Below, piece after piece: positions 1 to 11,665 of a stretch of 60,000 nucleotides of DNA (positions are counted from its first letter, which is position 1; each line of letters starts with the position of its first letter). Location: contig NC_086109.1 of NCBI RefSeq assembly GCF_963921235.1, positions 11,410,001-11,470,000 on the forward strand, written 5' to 3'. The position numbers were made by a program, and so were the translations under genes. The DNA is from Mobula hypostoma. Its lineage: Eukaryota. Below the pieces are notes generated by a model, which was given only the letters and a program-made list of their open reading frames with translations, had not been told where the DNA came from and did not search any database.

Positions 1-2244
1 GGGTGGTCGTAGGTGTTTGCTGAAGAACGCCAGGGGTTGCCAGCGACCCTCGATGAGTTGTTCCAGCACTCCACCGACTGCTGTGTTGGATGCGTCCACC
101 GTGAGGGCAGTAGGAACGTCCGTTCTGGGGTGCACTAGCATCGCGGCGTTTGCCAAGGCTTCTTTGGTTTTAACGAAAGCGGTTGCGGCCTCTTCGTTCC
201 AGGTAATGTCCTTCCCCTTACCCGACATTAGAGTGAACAAGGGGCGCATGGTTCGGGCTGCTGAGGGGAGGAAACGGTGGTAGAAATTCACCATACCCAC
301 GAATTCCTGCAAGCCTTTGATTGTGTTGGGTCGGGGGAAGTGGCGGACTGCGTCTACCTTGGCGGGCAGCGGGGTTGCTCCGTCTTTAGTAATCCTGTGG
401 CCCAGGAAGTCGATGGTGTCGAGTCCGAACTGGCATTTGGCTGGATTGATTGTAAGGCCGAATTCACTCAGGCGGGAGTAGAGCTGGCGGAGGTGGGACA
501 GATGCTCCTGCCGACTACTGCTGGCTATGAGGATGTCGTCCAAATAGATGAATGCAAAGTCCAGGTCGCGTCCCACCGCGTCCATTAGCCGCTGGAAAGT
601 CTGTGCGGCGTTCTTTAGACCAAACGGCGTTCGGAGGAATTCGAAAAGTCCGAACGGGGTGATAAGTGCTGTTTTGGGGATGTTGTCCGGATGTACAGGG
701 ATTTGATGGTATCCCCGGACGAGGTCTACCTTGGAAAAGATCCTTGCTGGTTTGCTAGGTTTGCTGCGAAGTCTTGAATGTGCGGCACAGGGTAGCGGTC
801 TGGCGTTGTAGCCTCGTTCAGTCTGCGGTAGTCACCGCATGGTCTCCAGCCCCCCCGTTGCCTTGGGCACCATGTGAAGGGGGGAGGCCCATGGGCTGTC
901 GGACCGTCGTATGATACCTAATTCCTCCATCTTCTTGAACTCCTCCTTCGCCAGTCGGAGCTTGTCCGGGGGAAGCCTTCGAGCACGGGCGTGGAGGGGT
1001 GGTCCCTGGGTCGGGATGTGGTGCTGTACTCCGTGTCTGGGCATGGCTGCCGTGAACTGCGGTGTCAGTACTGATGGGAAATCCGCCAGGACCCTGGTGA
1101 ATTCGTCGTCGGACAGAGTGATGGAGTCCAGGTGTGGGGCTGGCAACTTGGCTTCACCCAGGGAGAACGTTTGAAAAGTCTTGGCGTGGACTAATCGCTT
1201 CCCTTGCAAGTCGACCAGCAGGCTGTGGGCTCGTAGAAAATCTGCCCCCGGCAGTGGTTGGGCCACGGCGGCCAGTGTGAAGTCCTACGTGAACCGGCTG
1301 GAGCTGAACTGTAGCCGCACTGTGCGGGTGCCGTAGGTTCGTATTGTGCTGCCATTAGCGGCCCTCAGGGTGGGTCCCGGTTCTCTGTTGCGGGTGTCGT
1401 AACTCGTTGGAGGTAAGACGCTGATCTCCGCTCCGGTGTCGACCAAAAAGCGGCGTCCCGACTGCTTGTCCCAGACGTACAGGAGGCTGTCCTGATGGCC
1501 AGCCGCCGTAGTCATCAGCGGCGGCTGGGCCCTGGCGTTTCCCGGGAATTTGCAGGGCGGTCTGCAGCGGCGGGCCTCCGTGCCCCACCGCTGATGGTAG
1601 AAACACCATTGTTCGTTGGGCTCCTCACTCCCGTCGCCAGGTTTTGTAGGCTCTGCTGCCGGGCCCGGTCTGGTCTGTCGTTGGGCACGCGGCTTGGTGA
1701 TCTGTGTGACAGGCGCCCCTCTCTCTTTCCTGGCATTCCACAGCACATCTGCTCGGGCCGCCACCTCCCGGGAGTCGCTGAAATCTGCGTCGGACAGCAG
1801 CAGGCATATGTCCTCGGGCAGTTGCTCTAGGAACGCCTGCTCAAACATGAGGCAGGGTTTGTGTCCTTCAGCCAGGGCCAGCATCTCGTTCATTAATGTT
1901 GACGGCGGCCTGTTTCCCAAACCTTCCAGGTGCATTAAGTGGCGTGCTCATTCGCGCCGTGAGAGTCCGAAAGTCCTTATGAGCAGGATTTTGAATGCTG
2001 TGTATTTGCCGTCCTCCGGGGGCGACTGTATAAACTCCTCAACTTGTGCAGCAGTCTCCTGGTCGAGGGAGCTCAGCACGTAGTAGTAGCGAGTGGACTC
2101 CGAGGTTATCTGCCGAATGTGGAATTGTGCTTCTGCCTGTTCGAACCATAAATGGGGTCGCAGCGTCCAGAAGCCTGGCAGTTCTAACGAAACTGCGTGA
2201 ACAGATGCAGTGTCGGTCATCTCTGGTCCAAATATCGTTTGGGC

Positions 2245-2258
2245 CGTCGGGGTCACCA
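2245..2258 (-). promoter_or_regulatory. Primer-binding site, tRNA-Trp
   Basis: TGGTGACCCCGACG on minus, 2 nt from the LTR end; matches the first 14 nt of the canonical tRNA-Trp PBS. Confidence 0.85.
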
Positions 2259-2260
2259 AT

Positions 2261-2455
2261 TGTAGCGATGTGCTACACACAGCGCTAGAATAACCACACG
2301 GAGTCGGTGAGTTGGAGTTGCGATGAAAGAGGTTTATTCAAACTTCGCGGCCCGATTTAAAGCCTTCCCGTTCCCGCCCTTTTTGCTGCCGGCCCTCTGC
2401 CTGCGCGCGCTGTTTCGTGAGCCGGTTCGCGGGTGTCAGAAAGTGGGTCGCCACA
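2261..2455 (-). repeat. 5' LTR of the Gypsy element (195 bp)
   Basis: On minus it reads TGTGGCGA...TCGCTACA (inverted termini), has AATAAA at 2333-2338 and abuts the PBS. Confidence 0.85.
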
Positions 2456-2582
2456 ATATTGTTATCAAAACTGCAGGGCTGTGCAAATTAAATTGGAAGT
2501 CTTGCAGGTATCGGCTGTCACAACAGCAGAAGTCCAAATTTTTCCTTTAGTATTTGAAACAGTTCTTTCTGTGAACTTTGAA

Positions 2583-2880
2583 CACAAGAGATTCTGCAGA
2601 TGATGGAAAACTTGAGCAACATACAAAATGCTGGAGGAACTCAGCAAGTCAGGCAGCATCTATGGAGGGGAATGAGCTAACGTTTTGGGCTGAGACACTT
2701 AATCAGGACAGGGTAAGTATAAGAATAGGAGACAGGGGAAGCAGTACAAGCTAGCAGCTGATACGTGAGACCAGGTGAGGGGGAAGTGGATGGGTGAGAG
2801 GAGGTGGGATAATGGGAGAAACCGGGAGGTGATAGATGGAAGTGATGAAGAGCCGAAGAAGGAATCTGATAGGAGAGGAC
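2583..2880 (-). mobile_element. Penelope-like element 3' tail/pLTR fragment
   Basis: Shares the gctggaggaactcagca..caggcagcatc motif and a degenerate hammerhead with the copy attached to a GIY-YIG C-terminus at 58985-59545. Confidence 0.7.
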
Positions 2881-2957
2881 GGGCATTCCAAGCAGAACTG
2901 TGAGAGACTGGAAAGTCTTGGAAAAGTTTTCTGTCTTCTTCAGAAGATAACTTGCAC

Positions 2958-5608
2958 TTAGTTCTGTGTATCCAATCCCTCAGTCCTTCTAGCTATACGG
3001 CGGTCCTTTTTCCCAAAAATTACTTGGTAAGTGCCTTTCCACCTAGGCAAAAGAAGATCTTTTTTAAAATTTGTTTTTACGTACATAATCTCCAGGATTA
3101 AAGGAATGGGCGTTTTCCTCTCCCGGTTGAGGTAATGCGCCTGCTTGTGATTTAATCGTATTGCTTCTCCCAACATTTTGACAAATTCAGTCATTTTCTC
3201 GTTGGTCCAGACCAGTGATGTTTGTGCATTTGATAAGGGCGGGGGGAGAGGGTTCGAGACCCCGTTAGCACAGGCCTTCCCATCAATACCTCTAAGGGAG
3301 TCAATTGAGTTGTCCGGCTCACCTGATTTCTTAGAGTGTATAATGCTATGGGAAGAGCCCCAGACCATTTCAATCCACTTTCCTGACATACGGAAGGTAA
3401 TATTCTCAGGTACATCCTAACGGCTGACCCAATTCTTAATTAATTTACCTGTAAAATGTGTCCCAATATTACTTTTGAGTTTGTATGGAACCCCAAATCT
3501 GGGAATGATTTCCTTCATGAATGACTACAGATCGTGTATCAATTTTTCTAGTGGGAAACGCCTCAACTCATTTGGAGAACATGTCTACTATCACTAATAA
3601 ATGGTTATAACCTCCACTGCCAGGTACGTGCACATGTAAATTTGCAAGTGGCGCTTTCGCGGCTGACAAATGATCAAATTTATCGGGTGACTTCCCCCTA
3701 CTGTTTTCTGCCGAATCTCACAGCTTTACACGTACCTGTCCCGCAATTAACACTAGTCCGATTGCAAAGCATTGTTGATGTATAATACCGCCGATTCCTT
3801 TCCTGGGGTCCCGTCTTGGGCAGAAATTAAATCTCGCTGGTTTGTGGCAGGAGTACATTGCACCCGCATAGGTACTGACATGTCTTTTCCTGCATTAGCG
3901 ACTTCTTTAGCAGCTGCATCTTCTTAGTAATGGGGTCTCAAGCATTCGTGTGAGCTTCGCACTTAATGACAGCATTTTGCTTTGGCAACTGCACTGCTTG
4001 TAGCATTTTTTTTATATCTGAGATACACAGGCTGAATGGGTCCACCCGCAGACGTAATGAAACTCTGATGTTGCCAAAGCGATCCAAAATCCAAAACCAC
4101 CCCGAAGGCATACCTCGAGTCTGTATAGATAACTGTGTATCCCCCGCGTTAGAGCAAAACGCTCCGCCGCCTGAGCAGAAGTCCCTTGGGGAAGAGTTTG
4201 TACCTCTAAAGTTTCAAAGGCAGTCGCTATCGCATAGCCTGTCTGTAGGCTGTGATCTTCAGGCTAGTAAGAAATGCCGTCGGTGAAAAGTGTTAACTCT
4301 GGGTTGACAAGCGTTTCTTTGGAGACGTAGCAATCTCTACTACTTTTACACATTCGTGGCTTTCCGACGATTCCGTCATAGGAACTAGGGCGGCCGGGTT
4401 GATTGCGGGTGTCCTTTTAAAAGCCAATTTCGACTTGTTAAGTAACATGGCATCATATCCCGTGCGGCGGGCGGTGGTGAAATGTTGCGAGGCTGCTGTG
4501 GTGAGGAACAACATTACAACATGAGATGTCAGTGCGTACAGGCATGGTCTAATATTAACGGTGCAGCCTTCTCGGCTACTACCGCCGTCGCTGCCACCGC
4601 CCTTAAACATCCTGGCGTTCCTTTAACCACCAGAGGCAATAGGGTGGAATATTACGCCACTGGTCTTCGTAAGCCACCATGTTCTTGGGTTTATACTGTA
4701 CTTGCAAAACTCTCCTTTTCATTCACACGCTGCTAGAGCGGTTTGTTGTAATCGGGCAATCCTCAATCCATTGTATTATATCAGATGCATCTTGTTTACT
4801 GCGGCTCGGAGGGGGGCGTCGTAGATGCGGTATTCAGGTACTCGATGTCGGCAGTAACTCGTTATTTCCAGGAAAGGCATCATCTCTTTCTTGGTAGCAG
4901 GTCTGGAAGACTGCACAATGGCAGTCACACGCTCCGGCCTCAATCGGCGGGTTCCTTTGTGCAGTGCATACCCCAGATATGTTCCAGTAGGCCGGCGGAG
5001 TTGTAGCTTTGGCAAGGAGGATCTATGTCCTCTGGCAGCCAAATGATTCCACACTGCCACACAGTGTTCTCTACAATCCACTAGTGTCTGTGGGGCCAAC
5101 AACAAATCGTCTGCATGTTGTAAAATCATGCTGCCTCCGGGCAGTAGGAAATTTGCCGGATCTTCACGAACAGCGGCAGCGTAGACAGCTGGAGTTTCTG
5201 CATAACCCTGTCAATGTGTACTGCTGTCCATTACCTGTGAAGGCAATCAGATACTGACAGTCCTCATGTAGTGGCATAGAGAAAAAGGCAGAGCACGTAC
5301 CAATTACTGTCCGCAAACAGGAATCCGAAGGGATGGAGGCCAGTGTCCGGAACCACCGGTGAAGTGGGCTGCACTATCCGATCCCGAACAAACCGCACCT
5401 CATTCGGCCTCCCTGGTTTGGGGATGGGTAATATCAGCATGTTGCAAGGGCTTTGAGTTAATCGCAGAACCACTTGTGACGGTAGCGTCTTTACGACAGG
5501 TTTAATGCCGCTTCCGGAGATAGGCGACTTTGTCTGATGGATGGTCGTCGGATATTTCGTCATCTGACGAGTCACCTGATGTGGAGCTACGGATTTCACT
5601 AAATCTAC
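2958..5608 (-). pseudogene. pol: Endogenous retrovirus A pol (RT, RNase H, integrase), decayed
   Basis: Retroviral motifs QSPCNMLILPIPKPGRPNEVRFV, ILQHADDLLLA, IYTDSRYAFG (about 4105-4135), LKWSGALPIAL and PRWKGTYQV, broken by stops and frameshifts. Confidence 0.88.
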
Positions 5609-6142
5609 ATGATTAGCAGGGTTGGGCTTTAGGCAGGGCTAGGCTGGGCTGCAGAGAGGCCCAAAATAGGTAGCTATCATCATGGCGGACAAAAAAATGC
5701 GAGAGTGGAGCGCAGAAAAGAAAATGAAACAAGAAAAAGAGGACCGTGAGAAAGAAGCATTAGAAAAGACATTGACATTGACAGAATTTTTTAAACTTGT
5801 TCTCGATGATACAGCAGTACCATCGCTCTTGTCACAGTCTGAGACCGGTGGACAAATGGAGACTTGTTCAACAGCTAGCACCAGCGACCACCGTCCTTGC
5901 CACAGTCAGCAGCTAACGTTGAAGAGGGAGAGAGCATGACTTTGGGATTCCCGACGTCAGAGGCCTCCGAACAACCAAGTCGGGCCGCCATTAATGTTAA
6001 CGTTACAGCTCTGATCCTGCTCGCTGGGGAAAGGAAACGTTAGATGATTCAGTCCGAGCGTACTGGGCTAAGAAAGGGCCGGAGTCCTGCCAGAATAAGG
6101 ATGTGGATATCAAAGCTTCAGAACGAGTATACAAACAGCAGA

Positions 6143-6332
6143 CAACAGGAATTCTGCAGATGCTGAAAATTCAAGCAACACACATCAAAGTTGCTGGTGA
6201 ACGCAGCAGGCCAGGCAGCATCTGTAGGAAGAGGTGCAGTCGACATTTCAGGCCGAGATCCTTCGACTGCACCTCTTCCTACAGATGCTGCTTGGCCTGC
6301 TGCGTTCACCAGCAACTTTGATGTGTGTTGCT
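6143..6332. mobile_element. Penelope tail fragments inserted as an inverted repeat inside the hAT transposase
   Basis: 71-bp arms 6173-6243 / 6263-6333 with 1 mismatch; flanked by the duplicated target tatacaaacagcaga. Confidence 0.85.
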
Positions 6333-8249
6333 TATACAAACAGCAGAGACGTTTTTTCTCCAAATTTCACTTCAAACGCAAACTCGTAAATGGTGAGTAC
6401 ATATCAAGGCAATGGCTCTTATATTCCCTTTCCACCGGCTGTGTGTTTTGTTTTGCATGCCGCATCTTCAGTGATGGTGACTGTCAGTCCATCTTCGAAT
6501 CTGGCTTTAGCGACTAGAAACAGGCTGCTGAGCGCATAGAAGAGCATGAAAATAGCGAACACCACAGGAAAACGATACTGACCTACGTTACACTAGCGTC
6601 TGACAGCGGAAGAATAGATACAGAACTGCAAAAACAGTTCGAGTCATAGTGTGTCTACTGGACCGACGTATTGAGAGGAGTGGTGGCGGTTGTGAAGTTT
6701 TTGGTCGAGAGGGGACTGGCTATCCGAGGCTCCAGTGACATATTTGGCAGGCCTGGTAACGGCAACTATATGGGCATTCTAGAGGTAATAGGTGAGTTTG
6801 GCCCGTTTTTGAAGGAGCACATACAGAAATTTGGAAATGCAGGATCAGGCACCCCTTCATATCTTTCACCTAAAACATGTGAGGAGTTTATTGAGCTCAT
6901 GAGCGATCGAGTTCTGTCAGAGATCGTCAGTGAAATCAAAATGGCCAGAGACTTTTCTATTAGCATCGATTCAAGCACAGATGTTGCACAAGTAGATCAG
7001 CTCACATTCATTTTACGTTATGTGTCAACTGATGAAAACATTCAGGAGTGATTCTTACGATTTCTACTCATTGAGAGCCAGGCAGGGAAGGCTTTATGTG
7101 AGTCAGTACTCAAAGTTTTAGGAGAGAGGAATATTGACATAAGCAACTGCAGGGGGCAGTGCTGTGACAATGCTGCAAATATGTCCTGTGCATACAAAGG
7201 CTTACAATTCCGCATCAAGGAAATCAGTCCACTTGCTGAGTGGGTTCCATGTACAGAACACACATTGAATCTCGTTGGAATCCAGTGTCAACTGTTGTGT
7301 TGAAACAGCTGAATTTTCAACTTCTGCTGCAAGTCAGCTTCTAGGTGGAAGGTGGTGACCGCAGGACTTCAGCCCAATGTGAACAAACGCATTGAAACCC
7401 TAAACTCGCTCTCTAATACTAGATGGGCTGCTCAATCCTGAAGCCACACAGGCATTGTGCGGAAATTATTCAAAATTCGTTAAAGAGTATTGCAGATGAC
7501 ATTAATCAGAATGTGGCAACTAGAAATGAAGCAAGGTCACTATACAAAAAAATGGACAAGCTTGAGATAGCTTTTCTGATCAAATTGTGGCATTGCATTC
7601 TGCAGCACTTTGAAAGTGCAAGTGTTGCATTGCAAGCTGTAAATCTAGACCTGTGTAATGCTGTGGATTTGGTGAGATCACTACGGAGATACATAGCAAG
7701 CTTGCATGAACAATTTGATATTTTTGAGACCCCAAGCTAAAACTACGTCTCCAACAGTCTCACAAGTGTACAAAGAAGACACCCAACGACAAAGAAAACG
7801 TAAAGCCTTTCTGGGTGAATCCACAACACCTGATGTTGGCTTGTCAGCTAGAGAAAAATTCTCAGCTACTGTTTTTTTGGTCGTGATGGATAGATTACTT
7901 GCAGAAATTGATTGCTGATTTGCATCATATAATGACCTTAAAAACACATTTGGCATCCTAAACAATATCCCTTCTCTCTCTGTACAAGATCTGTGCAAGA
8001 GAGCATCTGATCTCTAAAGCTGATATTCAGCTGACCTGGAGTTAGACTTTGTGGAGGAGATTGTCCATTTCAGGGATATTTCGTCCACAACAGAGCTTTT
8101 ATGCTTCCTCAGAGAAAAAAAACTTGCAGGTCATCTTCCCAAATGTAAGCATTGCTTTGAGGCTTTACCTGACTCTCCCTGTCACAAATGCAAGCGATGA
8201 GCGATCTTTCTCCAAGCTCAAGCTAGTGAAGAATGGGCTCAGATCCATG

Positions 8250-8335
8250 CAACACACATCAAAGTTGCTGGTGAACGCAGCAGGCCAAGCAGCATCTATA
8301 GGAAGAGGCGCAGTCGATGTTTCAGGCCGAGACCC
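8250..8335 (-). mobile_element. Short Penelope tail insertion in the hAT dimerisation domain
   Basis: Same sequence family as 6173-6260; splits LRSM / GQDRLNHL. Confidence 0.8.
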
Positions 8336-9713
8336 TGGGACAGGACAGGCTGAATCATCTTACTTTGATCTCACCTGAAAGTGATCTTGTTTGGAAACTG
8401 GATTTTAGTGATCTGAGCAAGCACTTTACTGCGAAGAAATCCAGAAGAACTAGGCTTTAATTTTGAAAAACTTTGTAAATATCTAGGCTTGTGTGTCAGT
8501 GCTGTTCCTGTTTTTGTGGCAATAGGCCAATAGTTGACAGTTTACCAACCTAGTAAGTAATAAGTGGTCTTTACTCTGCAAGCCACACAGCACAGCAAAA
8601 GTATGTGCTAGATCTCATTTTTCAAAAAGATTGTTGGAGTATTGTCAAGTTTCCTAGTTTGCCACAGTGCCATCTCTCTTGGCCTTTTTGTCTCTCATTT
8701 CCATTTTACTTTCTCAGAACACACAGTTGAAAAAAATACCCAGATAAAAATGCTTTGGTATTGTTTGAGAAATGAGGCCTATGGTATGTGCAGCAATAGC
8801 TAAATAAAGATTTAAGATTGGGTACATCACACTTTGTCTCCCTCATAACTTTACTAAGTCAACTAAGCCTAGGTCAATTTTTGAGTGCTTAAGATGCTGT
8901 CCTTCAAACTAAGAATCTGCATTACTTTCTGTCCTCCCTCTTAAGGCCTGTAAGTTTATAGCCTACGTATTGTACTGAACCAATGTCTTGGTTCACAGCT
9001 TTGATATTTAGACCAGTACGACCTTTGCTCTTGTTCTTGCCTTCTTTTGCTTGGTACAGCAGCATTTTACGGTGTTGGCAGGGGCCCATCAGGGCCTCCA
9101 GCCCAGGAGCCCTGGCCCCACTAAATCTGGCCCTGATGATTTGTGTAGGGGGACCTTGTCTATGGAACTCACAGTTGACATGTCACGGAGTTACTAGTTT
9201 TACCCCTATATTTGGTCCATTACAAGCCAACCCTCCTGTCTTCGTGTCAATTTGCTTGGCTTCTATAATCGTTACCAGGATCTGGATCCCTGAGGGTCGC
9301 AGTAGAATGCAGTGCAGTTACTAGTTTACAAGTTCTGACCAGATTATCCAAGATTCCCCCCACTGTAATGTGGACTTCTATTTGCTGCCACAGCCAATCT
9401 TCCCAGGGCGTTCCCCCCCCCCCGCCCCAGTCTACCAGCTGTAAAGAGCAGCCGGAATTTCTGATTGTTCAGTTTTATGTAGCATTACAGTGTGGAGCTC
9501 AGGTAATCTATTATCAGGGATTTCACGATACAGTCCTTCCAGGGTACAATGAATAATGGCTTTTAGTTTAGAATGCCAAGCAAATTAACAGGTGAGTTCT
9601 CTGCTATAACAGATGTTTCATCAATCAAATTTTCCCTATCTTTATTTGAGCTGACTGGGACAGGAGTTCTATCATAGGAACTCTGGCTATCCCTACAGTC
9701 TTAATACTTTTAA

Positions 9714-10540
9714 CTGGGCTGAAAAGTGGCAGATGGAGTTCAACCCAGATAAGTGTGAAGTGGTTCATTTCAGTAGGTCAAATTTGAAGACAGAATATAG
9801 TATTAATTGTAAGACTCTTGGCAGTGTGGAGGATCAACGAGATCTGGGAGTCCGTGTCCAATAGGACACTCAAAGCTGCTGCGCAAGTTGACATTGTTGT
9901 TAAGAAGGCGTATGGTGTGTTGGCCTTCATCAACCATGGGACTGAGTTCAAGAGCCATGAGGTAATGTTACAGCTATATAAGACCTTAGTTAAACTACAG
10001 TTGGGGTACTGTGTTCAGTTCTGGTCACCTCACTACAGGAAGGATATGGGTACTATAGAGAGAGTGCAGAGGAGATTTACAAGGATGTCGCCTGGACTGG
10101 AGAGCGTGCCTTATGAGAATAGGTTGAGTGAACTTGGCCTTTTCTCCTTGGAGTGACGGAGGATGAGAGGTGACCTGATAGAGGTGTATAAGATGATGAG
10201 AGGCATTGATTGTGTGGAAAGCTTTTCCCTCAGGGCTGAAATGGCTGACACAATGGGGCATAGTTTTAAGGTGCTTCGAAGTAGGTACAAGGGGGAGGTC
10301 AGAGGTAGGTTTTTCACACAGAGAGTGGTGGGTGCATGGAATGCACAGCCAGCGACGGTGGTAGAGGCAGATGCAATAGGATCTTTTAAGAGTCTCTTAG
10401 ATGGTACATGGAGCTTAGAAAAATAGGTGGCTATGTAGTAGGGAAATTCTAGGCAGTTTCTAGAGTAGGTTACATGGTCGGCACAACATTGTGGGCTGAA
10501 GGGCCTGTAATGTGCTGAAGATTTCTATGTTTCCATGTTT
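9714..10540 (+). mobile_element. CR1 LINE 3' fragment
   Basis: RT C-terminal motifs (WQMEFN..KC, YCVQFWSPH, RGDLIEVYK, FFTQRVV) and ttctatgt tail. Confidence 0.9.
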
Positions 10541-10650
10541 ACTGCCTTTTGGTAATGCCACTTCAGATTGGTCAATTTTCAGCATGTGCTACGTCTGGTC
10601 GGAGACAATTTATAGATGTTTGCACTGCAAGTGGATTTTCCTGCTAGGGG

Positions 10651-11565
10651 TGTAACGAAAGTACACATAGACTAAGATGTTGACTGTCCTGTGCTATCAC
10701 CAGTGGGATCAACAGCTGATCTGCCACCTGTCTTCAGGAGAGAGATAAGTAAGACAATGGAGCAGCATTTGGAAATGTTAATGAAGAGACGAGAGAGTTT
10801 AACGGAAGGAGACACCGGTCTGAGATTGTCAAGACCGGCTCCTTTTTGAACCCTGAACTGTTTGAAGTGATGGACAGGCGATACCCCAATGGGGGGGGGG
10901 AATAAAAAGGGACAGGTTCGCTAAGGCAACAGACACCACACGAGACACCACTCACGACACCACGAGGTATTGAGACCCTGGAAGCGGTGCGCCCCCACAA
11001 GTCGGTGGGAGTTTTGGAGGGCTGGTCATGGGACCAGCCATAGATGCACAGGGTGGAAAGATTTGGTCGGCGGGAACCTGGTGTGTGTGTCCACCCTTGC
11101 CTGGGTGCCGGGTTCACCGCAGAGGAACGATCGTATCTGAAAACAGAGGGGTCACAGTCGGTGACCTCAGAAGACATTACAAAGGGCTCGCCCGAAAGCT
11201 AACTGCGAGAAATATCAAAGGTCTGTTGAATCCGATTTGAATATCAGCATTCGCTCGCGCGCTCTCTCTCTCTCTCTCTCTCTTCATTGGCACAACAACG
11301 ATTGCTGCGAACTGAACTAAACTGAACTCTGTCACTTGTGATTGAACATTTTACCCCAGACTGTGATAGAGCTTGATTGATCCTATTATCCTAGTTCTGT
11401 GTACATGTGTGTTTATTCAGTGCTAACCTGTTGCATTTATATCCTTACTATTAGAGTACTGTGTTGCTTATTTCTTTAATAACACTTTCTTAGTTCCAGT
11501 AATCCAGACTCCAACTGAGTGATCCATTTCTGCTGGTTTGCAACCCAGTTACGGGGTACGTAACA
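10651..11565 (+). repeat. 5' LTR (915 bp)
   Basis: TGTAAC...GTAACA; near-identical to 14774-15668. Confidence 0.93.
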
Positions 11566-11665
11566 TAAGTGGGGTTCTCGTCCGTGATTTTGAATGCTAA
11601 ATTAGGGACGGGGTAAATTGATTGGGTTAAAAATTCCCGAAAGAAAGAAAAGGCAAACAGCAGAA

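Larger units (their letters stand above)
1..2455 (-). mobile_element. Ty3/Gypsy LTR retrotransposon, 5' part (LTR, PBS, gag, protease, RT/RNase H), frameshifted; runs off window start
   Basis: Minus ORFs encode gag (LPGFWTLRPHLWFEQAEAQF; WCFYHQRWG..C), protease (FLVDTGAEIS) and RT start (IIRRSDSPWASPLHMVPK); LTR and PBS lie upstream. Confidence 0.92.
5682..8460 (+). pseudogene. hAT transposase pseudogene
   Basis: TTF Zn finger (WLLYS..VFCFAC), LAIRG, SIDSSTDVAQVDQL, DNAANM, TRW and the C-terminal dimerisation motif LTLPVTNASDERSFSKLK; multiple stops. Confidence 0.9.
5617..9135 (+). mobile_element. hAT DNA transposon with decayed ZMYM1/DUF4371-type transposase
   Basis: Imperfect TIRs CAGGGTTGGGCTTTAG / CAGGGCCAGATTTAG; 8-bp TSD atgattag (5609-5616) / atgatttg (9136-9143). 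Confidence 0.92.

Noticed and set aside
6118..6517. Recurrent peptide LLVNAAGQAAS..DAAWPAAFTSNF in several ORFs
   Set aside because: Translation of the non-coding Penelope tail, not a protein domain
5682..8460. Host ZMYM1-like gene
   Set aside because: TIRs, TSD and multiple stops show a decayed transposon
10640..10650. TSD for the Gmr1-like element
   Set aside because: The 3' LTR end is eroded and no matching 4-6 bp flanks are seen at the exact boundaries
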